Origin: an uncultured delta proteobacterium
GTDB lineage: Bacteria > Desulfobacterota > Binatia > UBA9968
Direction of reading: 5' to 3'
Length of the DNA stretch: 64,000 nucleotides
Assembly: GCA_963771465.1 (NCBI GenBank)
Contig: CAVYTU010000012.1
Span: forward strand, 192,001 to 256,000
The translations under genes and the position numbers were made by a program. Within the stretch, counting starts at the first letter, position 1, and every line of letters starts with the position of its first letter. The notes beneath the pieces are model-generated. The model was not told where the DNA came from. It saw nothing but the letters and a program-made list of their open reading frames with translations, and ran no database searches. This document shows positions 61,430 through 64,000 of this stretch, piece after piece.

Positions 61430-63169
61430 ATGGGGCGTTTGTGGCACTACTTGGGGCGCTATCGGCGCCTCTACTTGGTCGGCGGCGTGTGTTTACTCGG
61501 CACGGTGACCTTGGTCATGTGGATCCCTTGGTGGACCCGGGAGATCGTCCGCATCATCGAGCAGGGCGGTTCGATGCGCGACGTTACCGTTTACGCCTTG
61601 CTGATCATCGCCGCCGCCTTGTTGCAAGGCGTGGTGCGCACCTATTCACGGGCGCTGATTTTTAACGCCGGGCGCAACGTCGAGTACGATTTGCGCAACG
61701 ATCTGTTCGCCCATCTGGAAAAACTGCCGCTGTCTTTCTACCAGTCGCGCCGCACCGGCGATCTCATGTCGCGGGTGATCAACGATATCTCGGCGGTGCG
61801 GGTGATGCTCGGCCCCGGCGTGCTCAACTTCGTCAACGCGCCGCTTTATTACGTTTACGCCGTCGCGCTGATGCTGTCGATGGACGTGCGCATGACACTG
61901 GCGGCGCTGGTGCCGTTTCCGCTGTTGATGTACGTGGCGCGCAAGTTTCGCGGCCGCATAATGAATACCTCGCTGCAGGTGCAGCAGCAGATGTCGGTGC
62001 TGAGCAGCCACGTCCAGGAAAATTTGAGCGGCATGCACGTGGTCAAAGCCTACTCCCAGGAAGAGTTTCAAACCCAGCAGTTTATTGCTTTCAACAAAGA
62101 CTACGAAGTCAAAAGCATGGAAATGGCTAAGATGCGCGGCATCGTCAATCCGGTGATGCAGGGCATTAGCGGACTCACGGTGCTGATCGTTATCTGGTAC
62201 GGCGGCGTGCGCGTTATGCGCGGCGATCTGCTGGTCGCCGATATCGTCGCTTTCATCGCTTACTTGAACGTGTTGGCGTGGCCGACGGCGGCGTTTGGCT
62301 GGATGTTGTCGCTGGTCGAGCGCGGCCGCGCGGCGATGCGCCGCCTGGAGGAGATTTTAGAAACTCAACCTGAGATCGCCAACCAGTCGGTACCGCTCGC
62401 ATCCCACGGGCTTAAACAAGGCATCGAATTCCGCAACGTCTCGTTTGCGTTCGATCGGCAAAGAAACGGCCACGGCGCGCTGGAAGGTATTAGTTTTAAA
62501 TTGCCCGTGGGCAAATCGGTCGGCCTGGTCGGCCGCATCGGCTCGGGAAAGAGCACCGTGGCTCAATTGGTGCCCCGGCTTTTCGATGTCTCGTCGGGAG
62601 CGATTCTTTTCGACGGTCAGAACATCGGCCAGATGGCTTTATCCGACCTCCGCCGCATGATGGGCTATGTACCTCAGGATCCGTTTCTTTTCTCGACGAC
62701 GCTCAGACGCAATCTCGCCTTGGGCCGTGAAGAGTACACTGAAAGCGAGCTCGAACGTGCGGTGAGCATCGCCAGACTCGACCGCGATCTGGAGATTTTT
62801 CCCCGCGGGTTGGAAACCATGGTCGGCGAGCGCGGCGTGACCTTGTCCGGCGGCCAAAAGCAACGCGCTACGCTGGCGCGCGCATTGATGATGGACCCGC
62901 CGGTGTTGGTCCTGGATGATTGTCTCTCCAGCGTCGATGCGCAGACCGAAGCGGAGATTCTCCAAGGGCTGCGTGCGTTTCTCAAGGATAAAACCTGCCT
63001 AATCATTTCCCACCGCATCTCCGCAGTCAAAGAAGCCGACGAGATTCTCGTACTCGAAGAGGGCAGGATCATCGAGCGCGGCGACCACGAGGAGTTGGTG
63101 CGCCAGGGCGGCGTCTATGCCGAACTTTATCAGCAGCAACGGCTCAGCGAGGAGCTTGAACAGATCTGA
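61430..63169 (+). CDS. ABC exporter, fused permease/ATPase (MdlA/YheI-like)
   Basis: TGDLMSR, GRIGSGKST, LSGGQKQR, degenerate Walker B LDDCLS. Confidence 0.92.
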   Translation: MGRLWHYLGRYRRLYLVGGVCLLGTVTLVMWIPWWTREIVRIIEQGGSMRDVTVYALLIIAAALLQGVVRTYSRALIFNAGRNVEYDLRNDLFAHLEKLPLSFYQSRRTGDLMSRVINDISAVRVMLGPGVLNFVNAPLYYVYAVALMLSMDVRMTLAALVPFPLLMYVARKFRGRIMNTSLQVQQQMSVLSSHVQENLSGMHVVKAYSQEEFQTQQFIAFNKDYEVKSMEMAKMRGIVNPVMQGISGLTVLIVIWYGGVRVMRGDLLVADIVAFIAYLNVLAWPTAAFGWMLSLVERGRAAMRRLEEILETQPEIANQSVPLASHGLKQGIEFRNVSFAFDRQRNGHGALEGISFKLPVGKSVGLVGRIGSGKSTVAQLVPRLFDVSSGAILFDGQNIGQMALSDLRRMMGYVPQDPFLFSTTLRRNLALGREEYTESELERAVSIARLDRDLEIFPRGLETMVGERGVTLSGGQKQRATLARALMMDPPVLVLDDCLSSVDAQTEAEILQGLRAFLKDKTCLIISHRISAVKEADEILVLEEGRIIERGDHEELVRQGGVYAELYQQQRLSEELEQI

Positions 63170-64000
63170 TGGCGCAAGCGGCAGAGCAAGAAGAAGTTCT
63201 CGGCAAAGCCTACGATCTCCGCCTGATCAAGCGTTTGTGGAAATTTATCATTCCCTACAAGCGGTTGTTTTTTTTCACCATGCTGCTCTTGCCGTTGCAG
63301 CAAGCCTTTGGCTTGGCCCAGCCGTATCTGATGAAGATCGGCATCGATCGATACATTGCCGGCAAGGATCTCTGGGGCTTGCAGAACGTCATGCTACTGT
63401 TTCTGCTGGCGTTGATCGGTGAAACCGTAGCGGCGTTCGCGCATCATTACTTTTCCATGCTGGTGGCCCAGCGCTGTCTGGCCGATATGCGCGTGGCGAT
63501 TTTTGCTCATGTGCAGAAACTGCCGTTGAGTTATTTCGACCGCAATCCGGTGGGCCGGCTGGTGACGCGCATGACCACCGATGTCGACGTGCTGCAAGAA
63601 ATGTTTTCTTCCGGCGTGATGACGCTGTTATCCGACTTCATCATGGTCGCCTGGATCGTCGGCATCATGTTCTATCTCCATCCCGGATTGGCGCTGGTCT
63701 CGCTGGCGTTGATCCCGCCGATGGCGTTGGCGATCAATTTTTTTCGCGTCAAGGCGCGGCAGAATTATCGCCAGATCCGCGAGCGTATCGCGCGGGTCAA
63801 CGCTTATCTGGGCGAAGCGATCTCGGGCATGGCGGTGATCCAGCTTTTTTCCCGCGAGCAAAAAACCTACCGTGAGTTCGAAGCGCTCAACGCCGATCAT
63901 CGCGACGCTTATCATTTGTCGAACCTCTACGAAGCGGCGCTCTACTCGATGGTCGAAGCGGCCGGTTCGGTGAGCCTCGGGCTTTTGCTCTGGTACGGCG
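63169..64000 (+). CDS. ABC exporter partner subunit (MdlB/YheH-like), 3' end outside window
   Basis: TGATG overlap; MAQAAEQEEVLGKAYDLRL..., FDRNPVGRLVTRMTTD. Confidence 0.88.
   Translation, partial: MAQAAEQEEVLGKAYDLRLIKRLWKFIIPYKRLFFFTMLLLPLQQAFGLAQPYLMKIGIDRYIAGKDLWGLQNVMLLFLLALIGETVAAFAHHYFSMLVAQRCLADMRVAIFAHVQKLPLSYFDRNPVGRLVTRMTTDVDVLQEMFSSGVMTLLSDFIMVAWIVGIMFYLHPGLALVSLALIPPMALAINFFRVKARQNYRQIRERIARVNAYLGEAISGMAVIQLFSREQKTYREFEALNADHRDAYHLSNLYEAALYSMVEAAGSVSLGLLLWYG

Overview
A 64-kb chromosomal window from a GC-rich bacterium. The gene content (orphan ABC solute-binding proteins, cupins, a Rieske oxygenase, ornithine-cyclodeaminase-like and MetE-II-like proteins) suggests a Binatia/Deltaproteobacteria-like organism; this is inference only. 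Housekeeping blocks are rplU-rpmA-obgE-proB-proA-nadD-rsfS-gpmI-comF, sahR-like-metH, purM-purN, degQ-tatA, typA and a heterodimeric ABC exporter. They alternate with transporter and accessory genes, including a stand-alone NRPS-like A-PCP gene. I saw no tRNA, rRNA, CRISPR array, integrase or transposase. The most notable signal is non-coding: two diverged copies of a ~180-nt rod-shaped element (40120-40300 and 48568-48759). They share a 32-nt identical block and compensatory stem changes, and each abuts one of two mgtE Mg2+-channel paralogs. Other signals: intergenic hairpins built from inverted 7/8/9-mer tandem arms; a hairpin direct repeat bracketing an orphan solute-binding gene; a tandem secreted-protein pair in which one copy has a premature stop; a plant-type D-amino-acid transaminase; and active-site variants in the A domain and the cardiolipin synthase.
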